Positions 22,891-35,400 of a stretch of 64,000 nucleotides of DNA are shown piece after piece (position 1 is the first letter of the stretch; each line of letters opens with the position of its first letter). The notes under the pieces are model-generated. The model did no database searches, had not been told where the DNA came from, and worked only from the letters and a program-made list of their open reading frames with translations. Source of the stretch: Orbicella franksi. Lineage: Eukaryota. Made by a program: the position numbers and the translations under genes. The stretch covers positions 26,102,001 through 26,166,000 of the forward strand of contig OZ116699.1 of assembly GCA_964199315.1 (NCBI GenBank). Reading direction: 5' to 3'.

Positions 22891-24960
22891 AGTTTCACCA
22901 CACGCAATTGTGAAAGATGATTTGACCCTCATGGCGATATTATAAAGTAGCTAAGGTAATTAACTGACGGATTGTCGTGTTAAAAATAGCATTAAAATTA
23001 AATAAAAGCTCTTTTTTGGGGTAAAAAAAGGTAATATTTTTAATCTAATTTTAGAGGGTAGTGATACTGCGAGGCTATTTTAGGAAAGACACCAGATTGG
23101 TCAAATTAATACATGACGTAATATCATTTAAGGCTTGGTTTTGTTAATCAAATATGCAAAAAAAAAAAAAAATGCACCTCGATTTTCGGAGCGCAGTCTG
23201 TAAGGAAAGGGGAAGAAAAATTTTAACTGTCCGGCGCTTTGAAAGAGCTTTCCAAAGAGATCTTTTTCGCTTTAATCCTTTCAGTACTTTTCAGGAAACC
23301 AATTTCGACCGTGTTAGAATGCAATTCCTGTCAGCAACCATGGAGCCTCATATTCTCATGAACAGGAATGGCAAGATTTATTTTTAGGGCTTTCCACAAG
23401 CTGCTCGGCAACGTTTTGGCAACTTCCTTGTATTTCGAGCAACTTTTCGTTTCGAGCAACTTTTTACATTTTGAGCCATTTCTAGTTTTCTATCATTTCT
23501 GAAAAATCGGAGCAGCGTTTGGTGCTTCAATTGGCCTTGCTTCCATATTTTACAATGTTTTAGTAGACAATTTATTAATTTCCTGTGAAAAAGAAGCCAG
23601 ATCCCCCTCAACCCCCCCCCCCCCCCACCCTCCCTGGGGCAGATGATGGGTACTAAATGTATGCAGCCGGGCTGCTAGGTCAGCGGGGTTTTCTAAAAAT
23701 TCAAAATGGCGGACGAAGATCCACACTCGACTGAATCGAGTGTCTCAGGTGAAGAATTTTTGCAAAATTAATATTAATATTATGTGTGGTCTTACTCATA
23801 CATTTTGGGGGCTTAATTGAGGACTACGTTATTTAGCAACGTAAGTTATGCCGCAAAATTGTGGAAAGCCCTACTTATTTTCGAAGTAAACAGCACATAG
23901 AAGATAATTTTCCTATCCAGCGCTTTGAAAATGATTTCCAGATAGACATTCTGCATTGCAAACAGTGCAGTAGTTCAAAACAACCTGAGTTTTTTTTCTC
24001 TTAACGCGGTAGACTTTCAATTTCGAATTCATATGGACGCGACCCGCTGACCGTTGTGCATTCTCTACGCAATCATGGGACCGAGACTAAAAGTAACTTT
24101 CACAATGGGACGCGATGTTTAGAATAGATTTTTAAAATGATCACAAGGAAACGGGGATGTGCTCTGTTAGATCATCGTCTACGGATTGGTGTCCCACATT
24201 CTTTTTCAGTTACAAACTATCAGTCTATCAGTCCACTTAGGACAACTAAGCCGCTTTCAGTCATTGTCTCAATTAGCAATAGATCGTCTCTGTGTGTTGA
24301 TGGAGGAGCCGAGTCATCAGACAAATAAAGCTGAGCATAATTGGTGTCAGGCTGCTGGTTGTCTTCTCCCAAAATCATGCAGGGAGTATGAGCCAAGACT
24401 GTGACCAGATGCCATCAGTCGAAGGATATGCAGGGTCAAATCTGGACTAAATTATGAGTCTAATTTACGGACATGGCTTTGCTTTATATACCGGACCCCC
24501 TGACACGACTTGACGAGCATTTCTTTTCTCGCCGATCATGTATTCCTGTGCCTTTGTCTCTTTTTGGCATCGCACAATAGGCAATTAGCGTTTCACATCC
24601 TCTCTTGTTCTCCATTGTTGAACTCAAACAAAGCGATACCATGATACCGTACCTGTAGCCTGCGTGCGAGTGCTTTGCTTCAGCGTCAGAGCAGCTAAAT
24701 AGAGCGAGGAAATCGCCTGAGTGGGGAGAAAAGAAAGTTGAGACATTATCGAGAACTTTCCGCATACTGTTTGCGACTGCGTTCGCCGTGCCGCTGCCCT
24801 AATCAAGGACTCGCGAAATTGCGTTGTCGGCATTTTCTCACTTCTTAAAATAAGCAACTGGCAATCCGTTGTAATCGCAAACAAAGGAGATGCCCCGATA
24901 CCGCGCACTGCTCAAGTAAAAACCACGCCACTAGTCTCATCGCAAATCCAGATCTTCATC

Positions 24961-25833
24961 ATGTCTAGCATCATGTGGTTTTGGTATTTGGGTTGGTCCT
25001 TCACCACTTTAGCACTGATTGGAAATGGCCTCGTGATCTTCCTTGTAATCTCCAAACGGATTCCGCGCACTACGACGAACTGGCTCATTGTGTCGCTTGC
25101 AGTTGCAGATTTTTGTTCTGCGCTGACCTTCTTACCACCCATGTTTATCGCGAACTTTTACTACATGATAGATCTTAGCCATGCTGGTTTGTGGTACAAG
25201 ATATGCTATACCTTTATGTACTGCTCTACCGCGAACCTGTGTGTTCTAACAGCGGATCGCTTTGTTGCCGTAGTCAAACCGCTGAAGTATGCCTCTTTGA
25301 TGGAAAGGAGAAGCCCGAGTCTGCTGATTTGTATGCCGTGGCTTACTCCATTGATATTCTTCACCCTGCCGTCTGCTTTTTCTTACCAAGGAAATGAGTC
25401 ATTCACCGCGACATTTGAGATCAACAGAGTTTTTATGTTTCAAGTTATTCCCTCCATAGTCTTTGTGTTGGTCACTTGCATTCTGATTTACATCGCCAAC
25501 AAGCTTCAGCGCCAAACCGCTACACTCGAAGCTCAAGTTCGCTATAATTATGCTTTTCCAAAGATCAATGTCATCAAGAAGACGCGACATCCCGAGAGGA
25601 GAGCAGCAGCCATGACCATTTTGATTATTACGCTGTTCAATGTCACTTACGCCGGAGGAAATTACATTTGTTACTGCTTTATAACCACAACATGCGTTGT
25701 TCCTCACACATTGTATAGGGCAATTCATCTTATGTTTATCATCAATGTTGCAGCAAATCCAATTGCATACGCCTTTCTAAAAAAGGACATTAGGAAGGCT
25801 ATTCTCAGATTATTCATTTACAACTACAACTAA
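24961..25833 (+). CDS. Intronless class A (rhodopsin-like) GPCR, 290 aa
   Basis: GN (TM1), SLAVADF (TM2), DRF (TM3), W/P in TM4, NPIAY (TM7), seven hydrophobic segments. The ligand cannot be assigned. Confidence 0.95.
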   Translation: MSSIMWFWYLGWSFTTLALIGNGLVIFLVISKRIPRTTTNWLIVSLAVADFCSALTFLPPMFIANFYYMIDLSHAGLWYKICYTFMYCSTANLCVLTADRFVAVVKPLKYASLMERRSPSLLICMPWLTPLIFFTLPSAFSYQGNESFTATFEINRVFMFQVIPSIVFVLVTCILIYIANKLQRQTATLEAQVRYNYAFPKINVIKKTRHPERRAAAMTILIITLFNVTYAGGNYICYCFITTTCVVPHTLYRAIHLMFIINVAANPIAYAFLKKDIRKAILRLFIYNYN

Positions 25834-26146
25834 AGCCATTTGCTCCACCCTTATGAGAGATTCTCATGGCCACTTTCCTTAATCAAGCCATAACATGACT
25901 GTTCATAAACTCAAGTGAACGGTTAACGACTCGCACACCAGTAAAGCGGAGAAAACTTTGATATTGACTAGAGAGGGGTCATTTTGTGGATCATTGGAAC
26001 ATATTCGTTGTGCACAGGCGTTCTTGTTTAATACACATGTTAGTCATGTTCGACGTCTTATTTCTTAATCTCCTTCTGCGTGGAGCTGACCGTTACACTG
26101 CCATCGCAATTAACAGTGAGAATTTGCAAAGCAAAGTTTCCATGCT

Positions 26147-26178
<32 letters not shown>

Positions 26179-26735
26179 CAGGAACTGAAGATCAAAGACG
26201 TAACTATCTCATCTTTATGATTCTTTTACCATGTTAGATTGTTAAAAATGGAGATTTCATGACAACTTATTTTCTACGAGCTTTCGTTAACGTTTTGTAA
26301 TTATGCGGTTTTACAGTGAAAAGCATTCGCTGTTTCATTAGCTATTGTAATAGAGACGCTTTCATCTTTTTTGCCTATTTTTCATACTTCAAAGTAGTTG
26401 TGAACCTTACCATTCAAGAGGAATAATTAGCTACACAATACAATTTTTTAACTCGATTTTTTACATCATTAGTTTCGATGCACCGCAGCTTTTCTGGCCA
26501 TTAGACTTTATTGTTAAGATTTACCAGTGTTTAAGTTTAAAGTAAAATTAAAATCAAAAGTGTAGGGAAAATAAACAGTTTTTTTTGTCAAGTAGAATCC
26601 GTTTACCTTTATGTTTTAATTAGAAGAACTATTTCAGTTGAACGTTCACAAAAGCGAAGTGAGAAACGTAAATAAATGTTTACCTTTGGCGCGCGCGTTT
26701 ATCGAGACTGGATCAATTTATCAGCTAGATTAGAA

Positions 26736-26931
26736 AGACTACGAGAAGTCCGTCTTTCCCTTAGTCCGTCCGGCGAGACGTGAGAGAAAAACCGCGAGAG
26801 AAAAATATGGCCGTTAGAAATCCTTTGGGGAGAAGCGCGCGACTTTCGCGCGCTTCTCACCCCCACGATTTTCCTCGAGGTTTTCTTTCACGCATGACGG
26901 ACTGAGCGAAAGAGGGACTACAGGTTGTCTA
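26736..26931. mobile_element. MITE with AGACTACGAG-type TIRs
   Basis: AGACTACGAGAAGTCC ... GGGACTACAGGTTGTCTA, a degenerate inverted pair. Confidence 0.55.
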
Positions 26932-28133
26932 CAGGTTAGAAAGAACCATAACAAGAAGTATTATATTGAACTAGGAAGTTCTGTCCGTATTAGAGAAATG
27001 TGTTTCGAGATCTTTTTTTTTTTCGCGAAAAAAAGAACTCGACCAATATTTCTCCAAACGCCAAGAAGCGGCCGTCATTTTGTCAACAAGCGCACACTGC
27101 TACGCTACTCACTAGCTATCGCAGAATAGATAAATAGTGGCGGAGCCAATCAGAGAACGGCATTCGTGATACGACGCTAGTAGATTTATACTAATACGCG
27201 ATAGAAATCTCAAAAAAAATCAGCGCGCGTATTTTCTTTGGGCTATTTTCTAATAGGATAATTTTACTTCTCTTTTAAATTTTATTTTCTACACGGCCCC
27301 GCAAGTTTGCAGCTTTACTCCTCACCGTGTTTAAATAAAGTTTATTGTATTGTATTGCTGTGTCATATCCGGCTATTGTGGTATCTTGAAGAGAAACCCA
27401 TGTTCACCAGCCTCACCTGTGTAGTTGTTGACAAGTGTCATGCCATTGCTTCACACACTTATTTCACACCCCCGCTTTCTTTCGACAGTCTCATTATTAT
27501 TTCTTGACGTTACCTGGGTTGTCTTTATGATTTTCTGGTGCCGATGTGAACAGTGCAGAGACGAAGCCGTTAGCCGGTGCGCAGTACTCTCGTTGCTGCG
27601 GCCAGTCGTAAGCGCATCGAGTAAAAAGACCTTCTGTGGATCAATTCGACAATAAACCTGCGTAACACAGCCCCAAGATTGAGGAGATTTTACTATCATT
27701 CAACAAATTATCAGTCAAACAGGATTCATTTTGAAAATTTGATAGTCTAATCTGAGGATGATTGCTCAAAATGTACGGAACTGAGCGACCTGAATTGCGA
27801 AGACGGATCTGTCAATCATGTCCTTGTCTCAGTCAGACAAATAGCAACAGCTATCAACCATTTTATTTTGCCAGATTTACAAGATATGAAAAAGAACTAC
27901 TCAGAATAGAGTGTTTATCTGCACAGGGTAGTGTTGTCCTAAGCTACGTCAGGATTTCAAATCCTCGGCGACACCCCAATGCCCAAACATGGATCAAATA
28001 TCTCCCCAGGGCTTTAAAGGCGATTTTAGGAGCCCTGTGCAGCTCTTTCGTCATATGTTTTCAGGCTTGTTTAGAATAGATATTTTGAATGCAAATAAAT
28101 ATAAAGCTCACTTTGAAGCCATTTACTGTGTAA

Positions 28134-28494
28134 AGGCCGCCGCACATTAGCCGATTATTTGTCGGCAGACAAAAAATCTTCACTTGTCGGCTAGTGTGCG
28201 CTGAATTCAGACAAGTCTGCGACAAGATCGGGGCTTGTCGGACGATATCTGACAGTGCTAGATCGTAAAACGTCTTGTCGGGCCTTGTCGGCTAGTGTGC
28301 GGTGGACCAAGACAATTTGTCGGAGCTCGCGCGCTTCAGCCAATTGCTGGTTTTCAGTGTCACGCAATTAAAACCGGTCAATAGATAAAGTCCAGAATCT
28401 GGGAAATGAAAGAAGTTAAAATATGCAAAGACACTCGCCAAAATTCGGTTCACAAGAATTTTTCTTATGCGAGATATGCGAAGAAATTTTTTTC

Positions 28495-28528
<34 letters not shown>

Positions 28529-28574
28529 CTAGTGCCCATCCGTATGGGCACCAACATGGCGGCCGGAAACCAAC

Positions 28575-28606
<32 letters not shown>

Positions 28607-29133
28607 CCGTGAATTTATCCCTCGAGGGACTCTAAAACTTTAAAATAATACTTTTTCTAAGACATGAACTGTTCAGATAGCCAAGTTCCCCGAAATAAGT
28701 CAGTTTTTTAACCATAATGACAGCTCACTAGGCCGTCATGTAAATGCCACGTCACGCAAAAGCTTGGAAATTCAAGCGTAGTGTATTACAAAACCAAGAA
28801 ACCATTCGGAGCGAAAATTTGTATGAATATTAGTTTTCAGCTGCTCTTATACATCATTAAAGTAAAATCTCAGGAAGATCAATAGTTTTGTAGTTCGAAT
28901 TTTAGTGACGTCATTTGAAAACCAGCTTTTAGAAAATGTCTTGAGAGTCACGTCAGTGGAATAGACGTCATCTTGATTTTGGATGACTCGGCCTCAAGCC
29001 TCAACGCGGTTAGTCACGACAAAAAATCGGCTAGTGTGTGGCAAGCTGATGGGCCGACAAATTTTAACCCAATTTGACTCCGACAAAAAATCTGCAGTTC
29101 TACGACAAAAAATAGGCTAGTGTGCGGCAGCCT
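28134..29133. mobile_element. Harbinger-type MITE (1.0 kb) with a nested MITE
   Basis: TAA|AGGCCGCCGCACATTAGCC ... GGCTAGTGTGCGGCAGCCT|TAA, with internal GCTAGTGTG and TTGTCGG repeats. Confidence 0.85.
28346..28926. mobile_element. GCTGGTTTTCA-TIR MITE nested in the Harbinger MITE
   Basis: GCTGGTTTTCA ... TGAAAACCAGC; a second copy lies at 22530-22890 in the opposite orientation. Confidence 0.8.
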
Positions 29134-29479
29134 TAAGCGTAAAAGTAATCCTGTGGGAACTTGCACGGTGTGGAGAAGTTCTTATCTGATTAAACGCAAC
29201 TGCAGGTTTAAACGCCGCTTTGAAAAAAATAGTTTTCAACTAGTGTTGAGTTCTTTCGCTCCCTCGAAAGTGTAGTAGGGCGCCTCAAGGGCTTGTTTTC
29301 TCCTGAAGGGACGACACAGAGTACAGGAATAGGAAACGTCCTTGGAGCAAGTCAGTTATCGTAAAGAAGCACCGAATGAAAACAATAGCACCAGTAGTTG
29401 TTTCCCTTTGCAGACGTCTGGAATAACTCACTCAGCAAAGGTGTTTTGTTTTCATCTTCATAACGCCGCCTGGAACTTG

Positions 29480-32400
29480 CTAATTTACTTCGCGGTCTAT
29501 CTTTACCATACTAAATATTTCCGTCGACCCAAGCCAGCCTTTTTTTGTTAGGCTTGACCTCTTCTAACGGTAACTGAGATACACGGGCGGTACTGAGAGA
29601 GGAGGGACTGGTAGGACTCCGCATCCAATTCAGATGGGAAGCTTTTCTTTGAAATTCGTGCCGTACCTGCATAGCAATCACAAGGCCAATATCAGTTAGT
29701 TAATTTTGCCAATCAAGATTTGTTCAGTCACTAATATCCTCTTCAGCTGTTCTACTACTAGGTTCTTATAATAGTCACTTGTAGCAATATATGTAATGTA
29801 TACAGAAGGTAAATGTAACTCGAGTTTCACGCACTAAGCGATCATCACTAGTGCGTGAAACTCGAGTTACATTTACCTTCTGTCTTTATATCTTTATATT
29901 TTGCTCTGCATATACTTTTTGTATAGTACACTCTTAGGATGAGTGACACAGTGAATTCACTGTTCATCGATTTATGTTTTCTGTAATGTATTTTCAGTAA
30001 TGTATTCTCCTGTAATGTACTTTTGTTCTACCGCATTGAGCTTAACGTGTTGTAACCGACTATGGTTACATGCAAGCACATACCTTTTTGTTGTTTTCCA
30101 TCAACAAATGTTTCCTTTTTTATATTTATGATACTAATATAAACCTTGTAAATAGTGCAAAATGATAAAGAAGTTGAAGTTGAAGTACTACATTACCTCC
30201 GAGTTGCCAATGCAATGGAATATGAAAATCAGCAGTCCCTGCGAACGGAAGTAATATAAGTAAAACCAAATGTGTGGCTCAATAAAAAAATCTACCACGA
30301 ACCTTTAGTAGACCTTAGTAGAAAGCAAGATAATTGACCATGATATGGGTTACCAAGAGACTTAGTATTTCAAACTTAAATGGAAGCTGCAGTTGAGCAT
30401 ACTAATGCTCCTGACTTGTGGAGATAAAATAGCTGTAAGTATAATAACACTTCATAATCAATTCACGTGTCACCTGCTCGACAATTTTGTAGGAAATTTA
30501 GATTTTGTATCATGTGGTAGAAATTACTCAAATTTACTTACAACGTAAGAATGTTTACCTGTAATGAGTTGGATATTGTAAAAATATACTGGAACACAAC
30601 ATAGTGATCATTTACTGCTAATACTCCAAAAAACCAAGAGATGCCAAGAAGAGGTAGCAAGACTAGGGAGACACGTGCACTTGTTCTAAAAAAAAGAAAG
30701 ACATAATCTGAATTAAACTTATGAGGCATTTTACCAGCACCAGTTCGGCGTTTTCACTAAGAGTATACCTGTACTATCGGCCTATACTTTATATACGAGC
30801 CCCAGCCATAAAGAACGACTCTTTTGTTGTTTTACCTGCCTTATACGCAGCTAAATAAATGTCAATCTCTCTCCAAGTTTTTTTATTAGTACTCTCTTAG
30901 ACACAAATGTAAGTAGGAGGTGTGTCGAATTATTTTCGTTCATTTTTACGGTCCCATCCGAGATATTCTCCGAATTTATTCGCTATCCCCAACTGGGAAC
31001 TTATAGTTCTACTTTTCAATGAAGGTAAAAATAGGTGTTAACAATCGTCCATAATAAATAGATCATTGACTGGTATTACTGACTGGCTCAACTCGAAAAT
31101 TCTTGCAAAGGGAGCCAGCCTAAGGAAAGAGTACGAACTGAAAATTCTCACCTTAATTGAGCCCTCAATCCTTCTCTCTTGCTGATGTTAATTCGAACAC
31201 GAAGAACACAAACCAACACATATAAGTTGATCTATTTATAGAGGGAGAATTCAGAATCTGTTTATCCAGCCACACTAGTTAAGTTTTATGTTATCAAATG
31301 AGAAATGCAGTTTGACTTGAAAAATGCGTTCAAGACGCTGGCATGCAAATATATTAAAGCCGGAGTTAGGATATGTCAGTAGTCATTTATTGTGTTCATT
31401 ACAATGGTGTAGTGTCACTCAATGACATTTACCTCCATAGGTAATTAAATAACAGTTCTTTTCATAGGCTATTCCTCAATCGACGCGGAGTTCCAGCTGG
31501 CCTCAATATCAGCCTTACTTTCTTATTATTCGGCTATTGCGGGTCAGTGAGAAAATTAACTACAGCTTAAAGGCTTAGCAAAAGACTTTTTCTTGCTAGG
31601 CGTTTTTTTTTTGTTTTTTTGTTTTTTGTTTTTTGTTGTTTGTTGTTGTTTTTTGTTGTTGTTTTTTTTTTTACTTTTTGTTAAGCCGCGAGGCCATACA
31701 TCCACACCATAAACCAGGAAACTTCACGGACATAAACAGCAGACCTACCCCTATAACTGCAACCGCTGGTCCAACAAAGCCCCAGATTGCACCACCCACT
31801 GGAGATAACCAACAACTGCAATTTAGAGGGAAAAAATTAACAATAGTTAAGTGTGACAGACATGAATCTACATTACTGAGATGTCTTCTTAGTGACTTGT
31901 AAATTTTGCAAACAATTGGCAGGAGCGACACCCACAACCTGAACCAGTAACGGAAGCAGTCCTAAAACAAAATCTAGCTCGGTTGCGTTTAATAAGCTAA
32001 TTGGCCAAAAGCGACGGAAAGTGCTTAGTACTCACAAGTTTGACGTTCCAAATCCGTCTCCTGCGATGCTTGTAACAATTACAACAATGCAAGCAGGAAG
32101 ACCTGTAAACAGTTATTTCTCTCATTCAGTAATAAGGTTAGTCCTCGAATTTCTTAGGTTAAAACAGTATATGCACACTTTATTGGGCGATCGCTTTCAT
32201 TCAGGCCCATTAAACAAAGATTTGACACAAGTAAAAGTATTCAGAAACTGAGATGGCAAGAGGTTGACCAATTACCGTTGTACTTGGAGTGTCCGAGGAC
32301 TTAACCTAGGCCAGAACTGCATGCGGACAAAAGATGGAGGGAAATTGAGATTTTACTACCGCAACGAGACAAGTGCCTCAAACTACAAGCACACCCTATT

Positions 32401-35400
32401 CCCATACAGATTGCAAGCGATTAATGTTATATAAACGGTAGAGTAGTAAAACTTAGACGCATCATGCACTGACAAGTCTGTTGAAGGAGAAAACTATAAA
32501 GCTGTATGAGAAAGGATTGAAGAAATCTGCTCTAGTTCAAGAATCTTCCCTGTCCAAACCCAAGTCCTAAAACCCTGCTAAGCCCAGAAAACGAATATTA
32601 ACAGATGTCAGATTTTACGCCCTAGGTGGTGAGAGGAAACTTACCCCAGCCAAGAGTGAAATAAAATCTGATCATGCTCCGGCTGACAAAAGCTATTACG
32701 ATCATTTGATAAAGATGCACTCCTTCAACGAACATCCATGTGAATACAGCCATAAAGCAGTAGAATAGCAATCCAGTGTAGAGTTTGCAGATAACCTATT
32801 CAGTGAGACATTAACTTAATTCGAGATCAATGAATGTATTAGTATTAATATATTGTCTTTTCTCCCCGTCATTCTGTTACTATAATTGAGCTGTAGCAAT
32901 GATAGTGTGTCAGCAGCCTCTCAGAGTGCGTAGGTCGCGTGACCAAGCTATCCAGGTGCTTGTCATTCGCCCCGATCTATCTGAGGTAAAAAGATTGGAG
33001 TGTTTTGAACTCATTCTTCCTTCCCAAGTCCTATACGCTTGTTTTTGCATTGGTAGGCAATTTTCCACGGGTTTTCTTGGTCCGCACCTTCACTTTGCGA
33101 AATCTTGTATTAAGAACTAATCATGAATTTAATGTCCCGATTAACCAAAAGTGTATGAATTCCTTCATCGAGCCAAATTTTGCTCGTTAGAGGCTAAGAA
33201 TGGTCAATTGGACCGAATTGTGGCGAAAACGAAAGTTTTGGAGAAAATTTGTGCTCTTCTTTAAGGCGGCCATGGTCCTCTCGCCCAAAGCTACATTTGT
33301 CTAACGTGATCCGCCTTATACGATCAAAAACAAATCTGATTGGCCTTCTGTACATCTTATGCATCGCGCGGTTGGAACATGATCAGTTCAGCGTCCAATA
33401 ACAGATGTACTGATTACAGCATCTGTTAAACTTGTTGAAGGATCGGGGTTTTTTTTGGTTTGAAATCCTCGTATGGGATCGTTTTGGTATCAGTGTAGCC
33501 TTTGGCGCAGATAACAATTGTTCCTTAAATCAAGAACGTATCTACGCTATTACAATTAAATTATATAAGGTAGAAATCAAACAGATCAATGAGATGCTCT
33601 TTTGATTACCCCACGCTGAACAAGATTTTCAGATCCCGCTGCCAAAAAGAGGACTTGTGCAACTCCAACGGCGATTGACAAATTCAAATGAATCTTTGTG
33701 ATGTCACATTTGATTACCCTACAAAATAAAAAAAAACAAAAAAATCAATAAGGAACTTTTAGCACAGTGACTTCTGTTTTATTAAAACTTCTTTCATTCA
33801 GTTGTCTATTTGGTGTTTTCTTAGTTTGTTTACTGTAGAGAAAACAAAATTCAGTAGAACCTCGATTTAACGAACCTCTATATAACGAAATCCTCGGTAT
33901 AACGATCGATATTCCTCACACCAGTAATAGCAAAATGTATGGAGAAGAACCTCGTTATAGCAAACATATTTTGCCTGTGCCTTAGCCCTTCGTTATATCG
34001 AGGTTCCACTGTTGTTGTTGACTTCGGGCAGGAGAGGCTAAATTCGAGCCAATTAAAAACCGAGAATAAATTATATTTGCCACGGTAGGTACTTTTAAAG
34101 TAGAGAAATCTGTTTTATGCACTCACGGTAATGACAAGAAGGTGATAGCAGTAAGGAAGACGCCAACAATGGAAAAAGAACATCCAACGTAAGTCAGCAC
34201 ACTTAATATGTGTTCATCCTTGGCGCATAGGACCTATGATGTTTTAAAAAAAAAACGGCCGTTTACGAATTTACTTTATGTAACATATTTTACATTTTAT
34301 TTTGAAGTCAACCACATCATAAGCTAAATATTTAATGGCGTAGAAACAAGTCCAATCTTCTGCTTTTTCTATGCGATTATAAAGAATCAGGGTTAACAGA
34401 ATGTTTCAATCTTCATATCATTGTCCTGTACAGAGGATATTACATGGCGGCGACAAGATATGAATTTCATTTTAGTGTGGTAAAAACGATATTTTACGAT
34501 CGAGCGCATCTAGTGGGTAAAATATTGTTTTTAGCACGAGAAAGTAAAATTCGTATCTTCAAGCCTCCGTGTAGTTTTCTTTTCATCCTATAGACAAACT
34601 GACTGTTTGCACAAACAACCGCGAAAAAGGAGGAAATGACGTCATCAATATTCCCACTAGTAAGGATATGGAAAATTCGCTACTCGGGTCCCGGATGTAG
34701 TTTCGTATGGATACTACGAGTGGTGTATTTTCAAGTACGATACACGTGTCTATACAACATTAAGGGCCCATTAACCGATTTATGCGCGCGCTCGCGCGCG
34801 TTGCTAAGGAGGTGAAATTTCACTTCCGGTTACTTACGTCAACCTGAGCGTAGAAAATAAAAAGAGCTCAATAACTTCCAAATTCGCTCACATTTTAGAT
34901 GTTTTTCTTTGTGTCTCTCAAAATGCAAAGTAAAAAAAGTAAAAGCAAAGACAAAAAAACAAAGACAGAAAAACAAGAGCAATAGAAAGGGAAAAGATAA
35001 CTCCGTGTAGCTTTGTTTGATCTTACCGAAGTGTGCTGGTAGTGTAAATTGCGCACGCGCTGATAGGGTAACTTCCAATATATATCGAGCGCACTTCCAG
35101 TTTCTTTAAATGCTAAAGGAAACGCGGTTTTTCTATAAATCCAGCCTTTTTTGACGGATTTCGATTAAAGCCAACGTTGGAAACATAGCGATGCATTCCT
35201 TTTTCAAAATCATGCTTTTTTCAGAAAATTACGAACTTTTTAATATTTTGAAATTCTCTCAAAATCTGACCTTTTAAAAATGAAACAAAATCGATGCATA
35301 GCGTAATGAGGATTTAAATTAAAATAATAAATCAATGAAAAAAATCCCGATAAAGTAATTTGCTAGGGAGCCTTTGCGTTTTTTCAGTATTAGTCACATG

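Noticed and set aside
23640-24910. piggyBac-like transposase relic
   Set aside because: Only a faint FRESL-type similarity; no DDD core, TTAA-bounded TIRs or continuous frame identified.
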